Shown piece after piece: positions 8,658 through 18,181 of a stretch of 64,000 nt of DNA. The notes under the pieces are model-generated. The model saw nothing but the letters and a program-made list of their open reading frames with translations. It was not told the origin of the DNA and did not search any database. Where the stretch lies: contig JAQUNI010000001.1 of assembly GCA_028717685.1 (NCBI GenBank), forward strand, positions 54,306 to 118,305, written 5' to 3'. Origin of the DNA: Patescibacteria group bacterium (lineage in GTDB: Bacteria; Patescibacteriota; JAQUNI01). Each line of letters opens with the position of its first letter. Position 1 is the stretch's first letter. The translations under genes and the position numbers were made by a program.

Positions 8658-9704
8658 ATGTCTAATTTTTGGCAAAAACTTCCCAAACCCTTTATTTGTC
8701 TGGCTCCCCTGGCAGGGATCTCTGACTCCCCTTTTCGCCAAATCTGCAAGGAATTTGGCGCGGATGCGGTTTTTACCGAAATGATCTCCGCTGAAGGACT
8801 TAGCCGCGAGCAAAATAAAACTCTAGAACTTACTTATTTTTCTCAAAAAGAACGACCCATTATTTTGCAACTCTTTGGTAAAAATCCAGAGAGTTTTGGG
8901 CGCGCCGCGCAAGTGATTCAAAATTTATCGCCTAGGAAAAAACCAGATGGCGTTGATTTAAATCTAGGCTGTCCGGCGCGCAAGGTAAAAACTCACGGTT
9001 CGGGAATCGCTTTGATGCGCGATCCCGATCTTGTTAATAAAATTATCGCCGCAATCACCGCGAACACCGATCTGCCGCTCTCCATTAAAATCCGCGCGGG
9101 AATTAGGAAAGAAGGGATTAAAGCGGCGAGTTTCGCCTCAAAAATCAACTGGCAAAAACTAGCCGCCATTATTGTCCACGGCCGTTATCTAGAACAAGGA
9201 TTTTCCGGACCCATTGATTATACGGAAATTAAAAAAATCAAAATGATTGTGGGCGATAAAACCGTGATTGGAAATGGAGGGATTAATGGCTTAAGAAGCG
9301 CCCAAATAATGTTTAAAAAAACAGATGTTGATGGCATAATGATTGGCAAGGGAGCTTTGGGGAGACCGTGGATTTTTGAAAAAATTAAAAAAGCCTTAAA
9401 AAGAAAGACTCCCCCCTTCCTCCCGGAGGTCAAGGGAGAAATAAATACTCCCCCTCTTGATAAAGAAGGGGAAAGAGAGAGGGTCTTCGCCCCTTTATTG
9501 CCAAACACAATAAAAACCGCCCTCAAGCACGCGAGATTGATGATTGAACTCAATGGCGAGGGAAAGGGAATACGGGAAATGCGGAAACACCTTTTGTGGT
9601 ATTTCCGCGATTTTGAGGGCGCTAAAGGAATAAGAAAAAAACTTACTAAAATTGAAACATTTAGAGATTTGGAGGACACTCTCCTTTATCTTTCCAGCAA
9701 TTAG
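8658..9704 (+). CDS. dus: tRNA-dihydrouridine synthase
   Basis: 348 aa. LAPLAGISDSPFR, DLNLGCP, GNGGI and GRPWIF are typical of the Dus family. It carries an extra Pro/Glu-rich segment encoded by a repeat-like sequence at about 9406-9487. Confidence 0.9.
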   Translation: MSNFWQKLPKPFICLAPLAGISDSPFRQICKEFGADAVFTEMISAEGLSREQNKTLELTYFSQKERPIILQLFGKNPESFGRAAQVIQNLSPRKKPDGVDLNLGCPARKVKTHGSGIALMRDPDLVNKIIAAITANTDLPLSIKIRAGIRKEGIKAASFASKINWQKLAAIIVHGRYLEQGFSGPIDYTEIKKIKMIVGDKTVIGNGGINGLRSAQIMFKKTDVDGIMIGKGALGRPWIFEKIKKALKRKTPPFLPEVKGEINTPPLDKEGERERVFAPLLPNTIKTALKHARLMIELNGEGKGIREMRKHLLWYFRDFEGAKGIRKKLTKIETFRDLEDTLLYLSSN

Positions 9705-9822
9705 CCGCAACAATCATACCGCAAAAGATTAAGGCTGAAAGAATGATGAGCAATTTTATTATAAGCATCCCCCACCTTTTTTTAAAAGATGGGGAACCCT
9801 CTTTCTTTAATAAACGCACCCT

Positions 9823-9851
9823 TTGAACCCCTTCTTTTTCTATGCTATACT
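9823..9851 (+). promoter_or_regulatory. sigma70-like promoter upstream of dnaB
   Basis: TTGAAC (9823-9828), a 17-nt spacer, then TATACT (9846-9851) preceded by TGC (extended -10 like). It lies 33 nt upstream of the dnaB ATG. Confidence 0.5.
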
Positions 9852-9883
9852 AAAATGAATTAACAGGCAAAATCTAGAAGCCT

Positions 9884-11242
9884 ATGGCCGGAACGCAAAA
9901 TCAAAAAGAAATAGAAAAAATGCCGCCTCAAAATATTGAAGCCGAGAAATCGGTTTTAGGGGCGGTGATGCTTGATCAAGACGCAATCATAAAAATCGCG
10001 GACACGATTAATGCCCAGGATTTTTATGTGCAAAAAAACAAACAAATTTTTGAAGTAATGCTTGAGCTTTATGAAAAGAGAGAACCGATTGACATCTTAA
10101 GCCTGTCTAACTGCCTGGAAAACAAAGGCACATTAAAAGAGCTGGGGGGGTCAACGTATTTAACGAGCCTCGTGAATAGCGTGCCTAGCGCCGCGAATAT
10201 TTTGCATTACGCGAAGATTGTTCGGGAAAAAGCGACCTTGCGCAGACTGATTCAAACTGGCCAAAAGATTGTGGAGTTAGGATATCTGGAAGAAGAGGAT
10301 TTGGAAAAATTATTAGATAAAGCAGAGCAAGGATTATTTTCCGTTTCCCAGAAATACTTAAAACACAATTTCATCCCCATCCAGAGTATTTTAACCGAGG
10401 CCTTTGACCGCATTGATGAACTCCACAAACAGAAAGGCAAGCTCCGCGGCTTGCCGACAGGCTTTACAGATTTAGATAATCTCCTGGCAGGTCTGCAAAA
10501 TTCCGACCTTATTGTCCTCGCCGCCAGACCTTCAATGGGGAAAACTTCTTTAGCCCTGGATATTGCCCGCCAAGTAGCCACGCAAACGAAAGTGCCGGTT
10601 GGCATCTTTAGTTTGGAAATGAGTAAAGAACAGCTTGTGGACCGTCTCCTTTGCGCCGAAGCGGGCGTGGACCTTTGGAAAATGCGTACCGGTAAAATTA
10701 AAGAGGATGAATTCCCATATATTGGCGAGGCAATGGGCGTTTTGGCGGAAACGCCGATCTTTTTAGATGATTCCGCAACCAGTAATATTATGGAAATCCG
10801 CACTAAAGCCCGCCGCCTGCAAATGGAGCATAAAGTGGGACTCTTAATTATTGATTATTTGCAGTTGATGGAGGGCCGCACAACTGACAATCGGGTGCAG
10901 GAAGTTTCAGAAATTTCCCGCAATTTAAAGGCAATTGCCAGAGAACTTAATATCCCCGTCCTTGCTTTGTCTCAGCTCTCGCGCGCCGTGGAATCGCGCT
11001 CACCGGCCATTCCTCAACTTTCTGATTTACGCGAATCGGGCAGTATTGAACAAGATGCCGATGTGGTAATATTTATCTATCGGGAAGTAATGTACAAGCG
11101 GGAAACCGAACGCGCTAATATTGCCGACATCTTTATTAAAAAACACCGCAATGGTCCTACTGGCCAACTGGAGCTTTATTTTAACGAAAATCAAGCTTCA
11201 TTCAAAAATCTAGACAGGCAACACAGTGAACTAACTACCTAA
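9884..11242 (+). CDS. dnaB: replicative DNA helicase
   Basis: 452 aa. PPQNIEAEKSVLG at the N-terminus, Walker A ARPSMGKTS, IIDYLQLM and SQLSR. Confidence 0.95.
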   Translation: MAGTQNQKEIEKMPPQNIEAEKSVLGAVMLDQDAIIKIADTINAQDFYVQKNKQIFEVMLELYEKREPIDILSLSNCLENKGTLKELGGSTYLTSLVNSVPSAANILHYAKIVREKATLRRLIQTGQKIVELGYLEEEDLEKLLDKAEQGLFSVSQKYLKHNFIPIQSILTEAFDRIDELHKQKGKLRGLPTGFTDLDNLLAGLQNSDLIVLAARPSMGKTSLALDIARQVATQTKVPVGIFSLEMSKEQLVDRLLCAEAGVDLWKMRTGKIKEDEFPYIGEAMGVLAETPIFLDDSATSNIMEIRTKARRLQMEHKVGLLIIDYLQLMEGRTTDNRVQEVSEISRNLKAIARELNIPVLALSQLSRAVESRSPAIPQLSDLRESGSIEQDADVVIFIYREVMYKRETERANIADIFIKKHRNGPTGQLELYFNENQASFKNLDRQHSELTT

Positions 11243-11328
11243 CTGTCATTTCATAAAGCAGCCTGCCATGGGCGGACTTCGTCACGCCGAAGGCGGACTC
11301 CTCGCGTAATGACATTTATTTACTAACT

Positions 11329-11610
11329 ATGTTTGACTCTCTTAAAAATCTCAACCAATTAAGGCAACAAGCTAAAAAAATCAAAAAAGAATTAGGTAAA
11401 GAAATCTTGATCGGCACCGCGGAAGATGGCAAAATTCAAATCACGATGGACGGCAACCAAGAGGTGAAGGCTGTGCGCGTAGAACCGGATTTGCTTACTT
11501 CCGAAAACAAGGAAAAAATTGAAAAAGGCATCAAAGAAGCGATTACCCAATGCATTACCCAAATGCAAATGGCGATGGCAAGGAAGATGCAGAATGGAGG
11601 AATGTTTTAA
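11329..11610 (+). CDS. ybaB: YbaB/EbfC family nucleoid-associated protein
   Basis: 93 aa. The LKNLNQLRQQAKKIKKEL ... DGKIQITMDGNQEVKAVRVEPDLL pattern fits, as does the conserved position upstream of recR. Confidence 0.85.
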   Translation: MFDSLKNLNQLRQQAKKIKKELGKEILIGTAEDGKIQITMDGNQEVKAVRVEPDLLTSENKEKIEKGIKEAITQCITQMQMAMARKMQNGGMF

Positions 11611-11739
11611 GTTAAAAGTTAAAAGTGCAAAGTGAAAAGTTGAATTTAAAGTTTAAAGTTTCTTTTGTAAAAGCAGCTGCTCCGCAATAATTTTGTACTT
11701 TAAACCGCAATTTTGAACTTTGAATTTTTAACTTTGAAC
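11611..11739. repeat. heptamer-array hairpin (gttaaaa/gtgaaaa words)
   Basis: Left array 11611-11659 (gttaaaa gttaaaa gtgcaaa gtgaaaa ...). Right array 11697-11739 is its imperfect reverse complement, about 26/32 over the outer part. The loop of about 37 nt contains gcagctgc. Confidence 0.7.
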
Positions 11740-11746
11740 TAATTTT

Positions 11747-12352
11747 ATGTCTCTTCTTCCCCAATCCATAAAAGATTTAATAGACGAATTTGCCAAGCTG
11801 CCCGGCATCGGTCCTAAGACCGCGGCTAGGCTTACTTTTTATTTATTAAAACAGCCGGATCAAGAACTGGAACGTTTTGGCGAAACCTTGCAAAATCTAA
11901 AGCAGAAAATCAACCTCTGCCCCACTTGCTTTACATTAGTTCAAAATAACTTCTGTCCTTTTTGCGATAATGTTAACCGCGATTCTGATCTAATCTGCAT
12001 AGTGGAAGAACCTTTGGATATTATTGCCCTGGAAAAAACCAAAGAATACCGCGGGCTTTACCATGTCCTCCACGGCATCATTTCACCGATGGATGGAATC
12101 GGACCCGAACACCTAAAAATCCCCGAGCTAATCTCCCGCATTAAAAAAAATAAACCCAAGGAGATTATCATCGCGACCAATCCCTCTCTTGAGGGAGAGG
12201 CAACGGCGATGTATTTACAACGGATTTTAAAAGATTTCAAGATCAAGCTTACTCGCCTTGGACGGGGATTGCCCACAGGCGGCGAATTGGAATATGCGGA
12301 TGAAATTACCCTAGTGAACGCTCTGCAAGGGCGGAGAGAAATAAAGCTGTAA
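11747..12352 (+). CDS. recR: recombination protein RecR
   Basis: 201 aa. HhH N-terminus LPGIGPKTAARL, C4 zinc finger CPTCFTLVQNNFCPFC, and Toprim ATNPSLEGEATA. Confidence 0.95.
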   Translation: MSLLPQSIKDLIDEFAKLPGIGPKTAARLTFYLLKQPDQELERFGETLQNLKQKINLCPTCFTLVQNNFCPFCDNVNRDSDLICIVEEPLDIIALEKTKEYRGLYHVLHGIISPMDGIGPEHLKIPELISRIKKNKPKEIIIATNPSLEGEATAMYLQRILKDFKIKLTRLGRGLPTGGELEYADEITLVNALQGRREIKL

Positions 12353-12407
12353 AACAAAATATAGAGACGCAATTCATCATATCTCTATAACATATTGATT
12401 CTATTTT

Positions 12408-12448
12408 CTATAGAGACAGGTTTAAAATTTGTCTCTATAGTTTTTTTT
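12408..12448 (+). terminator. Rho-independent terminator after recR
   Basis: Perfect 11-bp stem ctatagagaca / tgtctctatag with an 11-nt loop, followed by eight T (12441-12448). Confidence 0.85.
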
Positions 12449-12453
12449 ATTTA

Positions 12454-12492
12454 CCCCGTTAGATTCGGTTTAGAAATATATTTCTAAACGGG
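12454..12492. repeat. CCCCGTTAGAGAA-type palindromic element
   Basis: ccccgttagattcgg tttagaaatatatttctaaa cggg. The inner 20-nt stretch is a perfect palindrome (12469-12488). Confidence 0.7.
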
Positions 12493-12499
12493 ATTGGAT

Positions 12500-12823
12500 C
12501 TAACCTGGTTTACACACAATCTCTTGCACTTGTAAAACTGTATACTGCGGACGAAAACCTTGCCTTTTGGTATATCGCTTTTTCGCTTTGAATTTCAAAA
12601 TATGCACTTTTTTACCTTTCTTCGCTGGCTCCAAAACCTTGACGGAAACCAAAGCGCCAGAGACGCGCGGCTGACCGATCTTAATCCCTTTGTCATCTGC
12701 ATATGCTAGAACATCATCTAAATTCACGATTTCTTCTTTTTGGACATCCATTTTATCCACTTCTAAAACATCACCCCGCGAAACCATATATTGTTTTCCC
12801 TGAACACGAATAATCGCAAACAT
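12500..12823 (-). CDS. rplU: 50S ribosomal protein L21
   Basis: 107 aa. MFAIIRVQGKQYMVSRGDVLEVDK matches L21. Confidence 0.95.
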   Translation of the reverse strand: MFAIIRVQGKQYMVSRGDVLEVDKMDVQKEEIVNLDDVLAYADDKGIKIGQPRVSGALVSVKVLEPAKKGKKVHILKFKAKKRYTKRQGFRPQYTVLQVQEIVCKPG

Positions 12824-12915
12824 AAAATAAGGTAAATAATAATACGTGTTGAGATTATAGCAAAAAAAGAAAAACTGGTCAAATAAAAATAATACGCGCT
12901 TCTCTAGAAAAGGTG

Positions 12916-14037
12916 CTATAAAGAAACATTACGCGCCTCCTTACGGCGGTACCGCAAAACCAAGGTTAAAGCCAGACTAACCATAACGACGATCATAATG
13001 ATCAGCGCCAAAAGTTTTTCTTTAGCTTGTAGAAACAAACCCGAAACCCCAAAGGCAAAAGATAAAAAATATAGAAAGAGCACGGCTTGACGATGAGTAA
13101 AGCCAATGCCCAAAAGACGGAAATGCAGATGTTTTGCGTCGCCCTTAAATGGCGAACGGTGCTCAAAAAAGACACGGCGGCAAATCACCCACAATGCGTC
13201 TAAAATCGGAATCCCCATAATAAGGAGCGTGGTGGCGATTTTTCCTCCCGCTAAAATAGCAAGCACCGCAAGCATAAAACCAGCGAACGTACTCCCGCCT
13301 TCGCCTAAAAAAATCTTCGCTGGATGGAAATTCAGAACTAAAAACCCCAAGAATGCGCCGGCGCAAATCACGGATAATAAAGCCGTTTCTGGCTGGTGCA
13401 CGGCTTGGCTTAAACTTAAAAAAAACAAAATGCCTGCTCCAATCGCTGTAACCCCCGAAGCCAAACCATCCAAACCATCCAGATATTTCGTAGTGTAGAT
13501 CATGCCCAAAATCCAGAAAAAGGCAAACAAATCCGCAAACAAAGTAAGATAATAAGGAATACCCGCTAAAGTAAAAATATGGATTTTCACCTGATCAAAA
13601 TAAAAAAGCCCACCCAAAGGATTAGTCGCGTATTTGATGCCAATGCCGGAAGCTACGATGGCGGCAGCGGCAAGGAGCGGCCAGATAAACTGCTTCCACG
13701 GTTTCAAATTATATTTGTCGTCTAAAATTCCTCCAATCATTAAAAATAAGCCGCCTATTAAGACGCCAATAATATTTTTCAGCCTAATCGTGCCTGTGGC
13801 TAAACTATGCGTAAAGAAAAGGTAAAATAGAACTACCAAAGCGAAAGCCGCATAAACCGCCAGACCGCCTAAAAGAGGAATCGGCGCCTTTTGAATCTTG
13901 CGTGGTAAAATTGGATAATCCAAAATCTTGAAATGCAAAGCCAACTTGCGTACTAAAAAAGTCAAAATCAAACATAGCAACGCTCCAATGAAAAAGGGAG
14001 GAATAAAACTGGCTAAATTATAATTGAAAGTTGACAT
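12916..14037 (-). CDS. glycosyltransferase family 4 (WecA/TagO/MraY-type polyprenyl-phosphate sugar-1-phosphate transferase)
   Basis: 373 aa with about 10-11 TM helices. Motifs LDDKYNLKP, YLDGLDGLASG and FLGEGGS. It lacks the PTMGG motif of true MraY. Confidence 0.8.
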   Translation of the reverse strand: MSTFNYNLASFIPPFFIGALLCLILTFLVRKLALHFKILDYPILPRKIQKAPIPLLGGLAVYAAFALVVLFYLFFTHSLATGTIRLKNIIGVLIGGLFLMIGGILDDKYNLKPWKQFIWPLLAAAAIVASGIGIKYATNPLGGLFYFDQVKIHIFTLAGIPYYLTLFADLFAFFWILGMIYTTKYLDGLDGLASGVTAIGAGILFFLSLSQAVHQPETALLSVICAGAFLGFLVLNFHPAKIFLGEGGSTFAGFMLAVLAILAGGKIATTLLIMGIPILDALWVICRRVFFEHRSPFKGDAKHLHFRLLGIGFTHRQAVLFLYFLSFAFGVSGLFLQAKEKLLALIIMIVVMVSLALTLVLRYRRKEARNVSL

Positions 14038-14041
14038 TGAA

Positions 14042-14142
14042 AAAAATTAAAAATGAAAAGTGAAAAATGTAAAATTAAATTGAAAACAATTTTTTCATTT
14101 TAGATTGTGATTTTTAATTTTTCATTTTATATTTTACGTTTT
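14042..14142. repeat. heptamer-array hairpin (atgaaaa/gtgaaaa/gtaaaat words)
   Basis: An A-rich array (attaaaa atgaaaa gtgaaaa atgtaaa ...) is followed by a T-rich complementary array (ttttcat, attttac ...). The pairing register is ambiguous because of low complexity. Confidence 0.55.
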
Positions 14143-14145
14143 CTA

Positions 14146-15735
14146 CTACACTTCCTTAAACAGCGCGCTGGAATGGGCTTTTGCGTCTTTGATATTTTCG
14201 GCTTTATGCAGCCGCGGTTTAGGCGTTACTAAAAAGCCCATATATTTTTTTAAGGCAAGTCGCGTCTGGGCGTCAATCGCGGGCACGCTCCCAAAAAAGA
14301 TGGTTACAACGGGCAGTAAAATCCACTGTAAAACCATATAAAAATACTCATAACGCCGATGCCGTTTGGGTCGCGGCGGCACTAAAACTGTGGAAATAAT
14401 CGCGGAAACGAAAATCCCAACCATAGAAAGGGACATTAAAAGCCGCGTCAAATAGGGAAGATTGCGCGCTAACACTGTTTCCCGAAAATCATCGCCTCCC
14501 AGAAATATGGGCATCCAACCGACAACCATTAAAATAATCGCCGTTACCGCCCAAGAATATTTTCCCTCTAACTCCCTGTAAATAATGCGCGTCTTTTTGA
14601 AAAAAGGAATGCCGCGCGTTCTTATGGAACGAAAAATCACATAAGGCAAATTTTCCACGCCCCAACCCCAACGCCTCCGCTGTTTATATTGATTTACAAT
14701 ACTTTCCCAAAAAGATCTGCCCAAAACCGTATCCATAGAGACCGGCATATAAAGAGGAATCACGCGATAGTTCCCGCGATAATGGAAAAAGCATTGATAG
14801 AAAATGCGCGAGTCTTCCGAGACGATATTCGTCTGCCAAAAACCGATTTCCACCGCGGTTTGGAAGCTCATCGCGTGGGAAGAAAAAGTTCCCATTCGCT
14901 CTGGACGCTCCTGCTCCATCATATGCCAAAAGGTAGTGGAAGCGCTAGCCACGCGCGCGAGAGCCGGCGCATCCCAAAGGTTGTTATTAAAGAAAGGAAC
15001 AGGTTGGTAGGAAGCGCGCGTCCGATTTGGTGTCGCAAGATAATGATAGGCAAGACAGGAAAAATATCTGGGGTGGACACAGGTATCGGCGTCAAAAACA
15101 GAAACGATCACATTGTCATAGGGGATACCCTCTCTATCAAGCCATTTTTGGACCTCGCGACCCGCCCAAGTCTCGTTAGAACCCTTGCCGGCAAGTTCGC
15201 CGATAATATCGCCAGGGTGCACCGTAACCATAAATTTATAAAACTTGCTGCCAAATTTTTCTTCTAGGGCACCTGCGTTTTTTAAACCGTTTTCACAATC
15301 CCTCTCTTCCACGCCGAGCACAACAATCATCTTCCCTGTAGGATAATCGGAATCCACTAGGGCTTTAAAAGTGGTTTCTAAAACCTCCAATTCTTCTTTA
15401 TAAGTAGGCAGGATAATCAAATGATAAAGCTCGCTCCATTTTTTATCACCCTGAAAGCTCTGGCATTTTGAGAACCAATCCGTTTTCAGATAGCGCTTCA
15501 TGCGAAAATAAGAAGCAACCTGGTGGATGCAAAGATAAGAAACGCGCAAGAGCCAGTGCAAATCAAAGGCAATAATAAAAATCGCCACGGAGACAGGCTC
15601 AATAAATGAGAATATAATACAAGAAAGAAGCGTGCCCCAAGCCAAAGCCGCAGGAAGAATTTCTAAACTGCGATAAAGAATCCGATCAGAGGGGCTATCT
15701 AAACTTGTGTAGTGAGCGATACCTTTAGGGTCCAT
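14146..15735 (-). CDS. processive family 2 glycosyltransferase with integral membrane domain
   Basis: 529 aa. VFDADT, SEDSR and QRRRWGWG (QxxRW) motifs, flanked by TM helices. Confidence 0.8.
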   Translation of the reverse strand: MDPKGIAHYTSLDSPSDRILYRSLEILPAALAWGTLLSCIIFSFIEPVSVAIFIIAFDLHWLLRVSYLCIHQVASYFRMKRYLKTDWFSKCQSFQGDKKWSELYHLIILPTYKEELEVLETTFKALVDSDYPTGKMIVVLGVEERDCENGLKNAGALEEKFGSKFYKFMVTVHPGDIIGELAGKGSNETWAGREVQKWLDREGIPYDNVIVSVFDADTCVHPRYFSCLAYHYLATPNRTRASYQPVPFFNNNLWDAPALARVASASTTFWHMMEQERPERMGTFSSHAMSFQTAVEIGFWQTNIVSEDSRIFYQCFFHYRGNYRVIPLYMPVSMDTVLGRSFWESIVNQYKQRRRWGWGVENLPYVIFRSIRTRGIPFFKKTRIIYRELEGKYSWAVTAIILMVVGWMPIFLGGDDFRETVLARNLPYLTRLLMSLSMVGIFVSAIISTVLVPPRPKRHRRYEYFYMVLQWILLPVVTIFFGSVPAIDAQTRLALKKYMGFLVTPKPRLHKAENIKDAKAHSSALFKEV

Positions 15736-15759
15736 AAAAAAAATGTAAAATTAAAAATG

Positions 15760-15795
15760 AAAAATGTAAAATAACATTTGAGATTTTACATTTTT
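15760..15795. repeat. perfect AT-rich hairpin (aaaaatgtaaaat / attttacattttt)
   Basis: 13-bp perfect stem (15760-15772 with 15783-15795) and a 10-nt loop. It uses the same words as 14042-14142, and its right arm overlaps the stop codon of ORF 15794-16207. Confidence 0.75.
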
Positions 15796-16207
15796 ACTGG
15801 TTAATATAAATAAGACTTACTGCTCCGATTAAAACAAAAATTTGCACCGTGAACGCGGTTAAAAGTAAAATATAATTTACAAGACGATCTTTCAAATAAA
15901 ACCAAAAACCGAGGACAAAATTCATTAAGATAATGAAGAGCCCGATTAAAGGAAGGGTAAAAACACGGTGATAAGAACCGATTAAATCAATGCCAAAATA
16001 GATATTATAATGAAGAGGAATGGGATATTCCGAGGGTTTGATAAAATAAGCCAAAAAAATCCAACTTAAAATGTTAAAAAATAAGCTCCCCAAAAAAAAT
16101 CCTAAATTAGTTTTATTGCGCCAAAACTGGGCGCGAAAAAAGCTCCGGACATAAGCCCAGAAATGGCGAAAAATATTCGGTTTTTCTTGATTCTGAACTT
16201 CTTGCAT
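15794..16207 (-). CDS. hypothetical small membrane protein
   Basis: 137 aa with about four hydrophobic helices. It sits in the same-strand block as the GT2/GT4 genes. Confidence 0.5.
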   Translation of the reverse strand: MQEVQNQEKPNIFRHFWAYVRSFFRAQFWRNKTNLGFFLGSLFFNILSWIFLAYFIKPSEYPIPLHYNIYFGIDLIGSYHRVFTLPLIGLFIILMNFVLGFWFYLKDRLVNYILLLTAFTVQIFVLIGAVSLIYINQ

Positions 16208-16374
16208 CTTGCTATAACTATATCTAAAAAAGCCTTAAAAGTAAACCCCGTTAGAGAATTTTGTCGTCCTTCGGTTCTTTGAGCTGAGCTCAAAATTATA
16301 TCCCTACTGTTCATAAATTAGATTGCTAAAATGTGGAATATTTTCTATAATAAATACGAAGTGACATCAGTAAA

Positions 16375-16405
16375 CCCCATTAGGGAACGAAGCTTTCTAG
16401 CAGGG
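16375..16405. repeat. CCCCGTTAGAGAA-type palindromic element (degenerate)
   Basis: ccccattagggaa cgaag ctttctagcaggg, flanked by gtaaa / gtaaa. A half site gtaaaccccgttagagaa lies at 16241-16258. Confidence 0.5.
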
Positions 16406-16414
16406 TAAATAAAA

Positions 16415-18019
16415 ATGCACACAAAAAGCAAAATCACAGTAGTTTTATTTTTACTGATTTTGATTCTCGCCGGCGTCTTCCGTTTTTGGCAAATCAGGGA
16501 TCTTCCTGGCGGACTCTACTCGGATGAAGGCGCGAATGGCTTGGATGTTTTGGATATCTTATCCGGCAAGAACCGCGATGTCTTTTATGAGCGCAACTAT
16601 GGTCGGGAGGGATTATTCTTCTACCTGCTCGCTCTCTCGGTTAAAATTTTTGGCATTGGTGTCTGGCAAATGAAAATCGTCTCGGGGATTTTAGGAATCC
16701 TCACGATTATCGGCCTTTATCTCTTGACCAAAACACTTTTTAACCGCACGATCGCCCTTTTAGCCTCTCTATTTGCCGCAGTGTCTATTCCTTATACTTT
16801 CTTGAGCCGCGTGGCTTTCCGCGCCAATATGCTGCCTTTTGTCTCGGTTTTTCTTTTTTATTTCTGCGTGAAGACCCTCAAAGATAAAAAGGATAAATAC
16901 TTTTATTCTTTTTTAGCCGGCATCTTCTTAGCCTTAGGATTTTATACTTATATTTCTTTCCGCATTATCCCCTTCTGCATCATCGCTCTTATTATCCTAT
17001 TTGAAATTATTTGCCGCCGCACTGGCAACCCGAAAGGATTTATTGTCCCTCACCGAAAACAAATTTTCACTGCTCTTATTGCTTTTCTGATTGCCATCGC
17101 GCCTCTTGCTTTCTATTTCTACCAACACCCCTCTTCTTTTTTTGGCCGCGCCAATGATGTTTCTATTTTGAATCCCAATCTAGCGCATGGCCCTTTTTAT
17201 TATCTCCTCCGTAATGTTGGTCTCACCGCAATTATGTTTAATGTCTATGGCGATGCCAATTGGCGCCATAATCTTTCGGAAGCGCCATTTTTTGACCCTG
17301 TGACTGGCGTTCTTTTCTTAGTCGGCTTGATCATCGCGGCGACTATATTTTTAAAAACAGGTTTAAAAGTTTTAAAGCATAAAGACATCGCTTTGCGCGA
17401 AACCTTTGCCGGCTATCTTCTTATTTTTGGCTGGCTTTTCAGCCTCCTTGTTCCGATGATAGCAACAGAAGAAGCAATTCCGCATTTCTTGCGCAGTATT
17501 GGCATTATCCCTGTCGTGTTTATTTTTCCCGCTTTGGGTCTGCGCGCCCTTTTCTTACGCATCCGCTACCGACCAGTGATGCTCGGTTTCCTGCTTCTTC
17601 TTTTAGTTGTCTTTGTGGTTAATTATAATCTCTGGCTATATTTTCAAGTAGCTAAAAACTCTTACGGATATTATACCTCCTATTATGGCGATTTAACTTT
17701 GGTCAGTAACTATATCAATGAAATTAACACGGGTAATACTAAATCCTCTCTCACTACTAGCGCTAATACTTTTCTAGTGCTTGATGATAAGGCTGACCGC
17801 ACTGTCAGCTTCTTAACTGCGCCCGCGAATCCTTATACTTTAATACCAATCAACGCAGAGATAAAAACGACCTATCCCGAAAGCGCGAAAATTATCTTCC
17901 CCTCTTTAAGTTTTAATCGCTTGGCTTCCTTCCAGAATATTTTCCCGGAAGCGAGATTAGTCTACGAAGAATACAATCGGTTTGGGGAAAAGGCGTTTGA
18001 AGTATATACCCTGCAATAA
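16415..18019 (+). CDS. ArnT/PMT-like (GT39/GT83) membrane glycosyltransferase
   Basis: 534 aa with more than 10 TM helices. The N-terminal loop YSDEGANGLD is typical of lipid-carrier dependent glycosyltransferases. Confidence 0.7.
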   Translation: MHTKSKITVVLFLLILILAGVFRFWQIRDLPGGLYSDEGANGLDVLDILSGKNRDVFYERNYGREGLFFYLLALSVKIFGIGVWQMKIVSGILGILTIIGLYLLTKTLFNRTIALLASLFAAVSIPYTFLSRVAFRANMLPFVSVFLFYFCVKTLKDKKDKYFYSFLAGIFLALGFYTYISFRIIPFCIIALIILFEIICRRTGNPKGFIVPHRKQIFTALIAFLIAIAPLAFYFYQHPSSFFGRANDVSILNPNLAHGPFYYLLRNVGLTAIMFNVYGDANWRHNLSEAPFFDPVTGVLFLVGLIIAATIFLKTGLKVLKHKDIALRETFAGYLLIFGWLFSLLVPMIATEEAIPHFLRSIGIIPVVFIFPALGLRALFLRIRYRPVMLGFLLLLLVVFVVNYNLWLYFQVAKNSYGYYTSYYGDLTLVSNYINEINTGNTKSSLTTSANTFLVLDDKADRTVSFLTAPANPYTLIPINAEIKTTYPESAKIIFPSLSFNRLASFQNIFPEARLVYEEYNRFGEKAFEVYTLQ

Positions 18020-18064
18020 TTTTTTTACTATTTATCAAAATTTAATAATTTTCCCTGCGAAAAA

Positions 18065-18176
18065 TTTTCAATTTTCAATTTCTAATTTTTATTAAATTTT
18101 TAATCTTAAAATTTTTAAACATTTAAAATTGATTTATTGAAAATTTAATAAAAATTGAAAATTAGAAATTAAAAAT
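18065..18176. repeat. heptamer-array hairpin element, copy 1 (ttttcaa/tttctaa words)
   Basis: A 17-nt perfect inner stem (aatttttattaaatttt, about 18084-18100, against about 18141-18157) sits inside arms of about 36 nt. The element is about 91-93% identical by eye to 19932-20085. Confidence 0.75.
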
Positions 18177-18181
18177 TACTT

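Noticed and set aside
9705-9790. A possible 35-codon minus-strand membrane peptide (MLIIKLLIILSALIFCGMIVAANCWKDKGECPPNL) overlapping the dus 3' end.
   Set aside because: The SD-like ggtggggg abuts the ATG with no spacing. The ORF overlaps dus antisense, and nothing else supports it.
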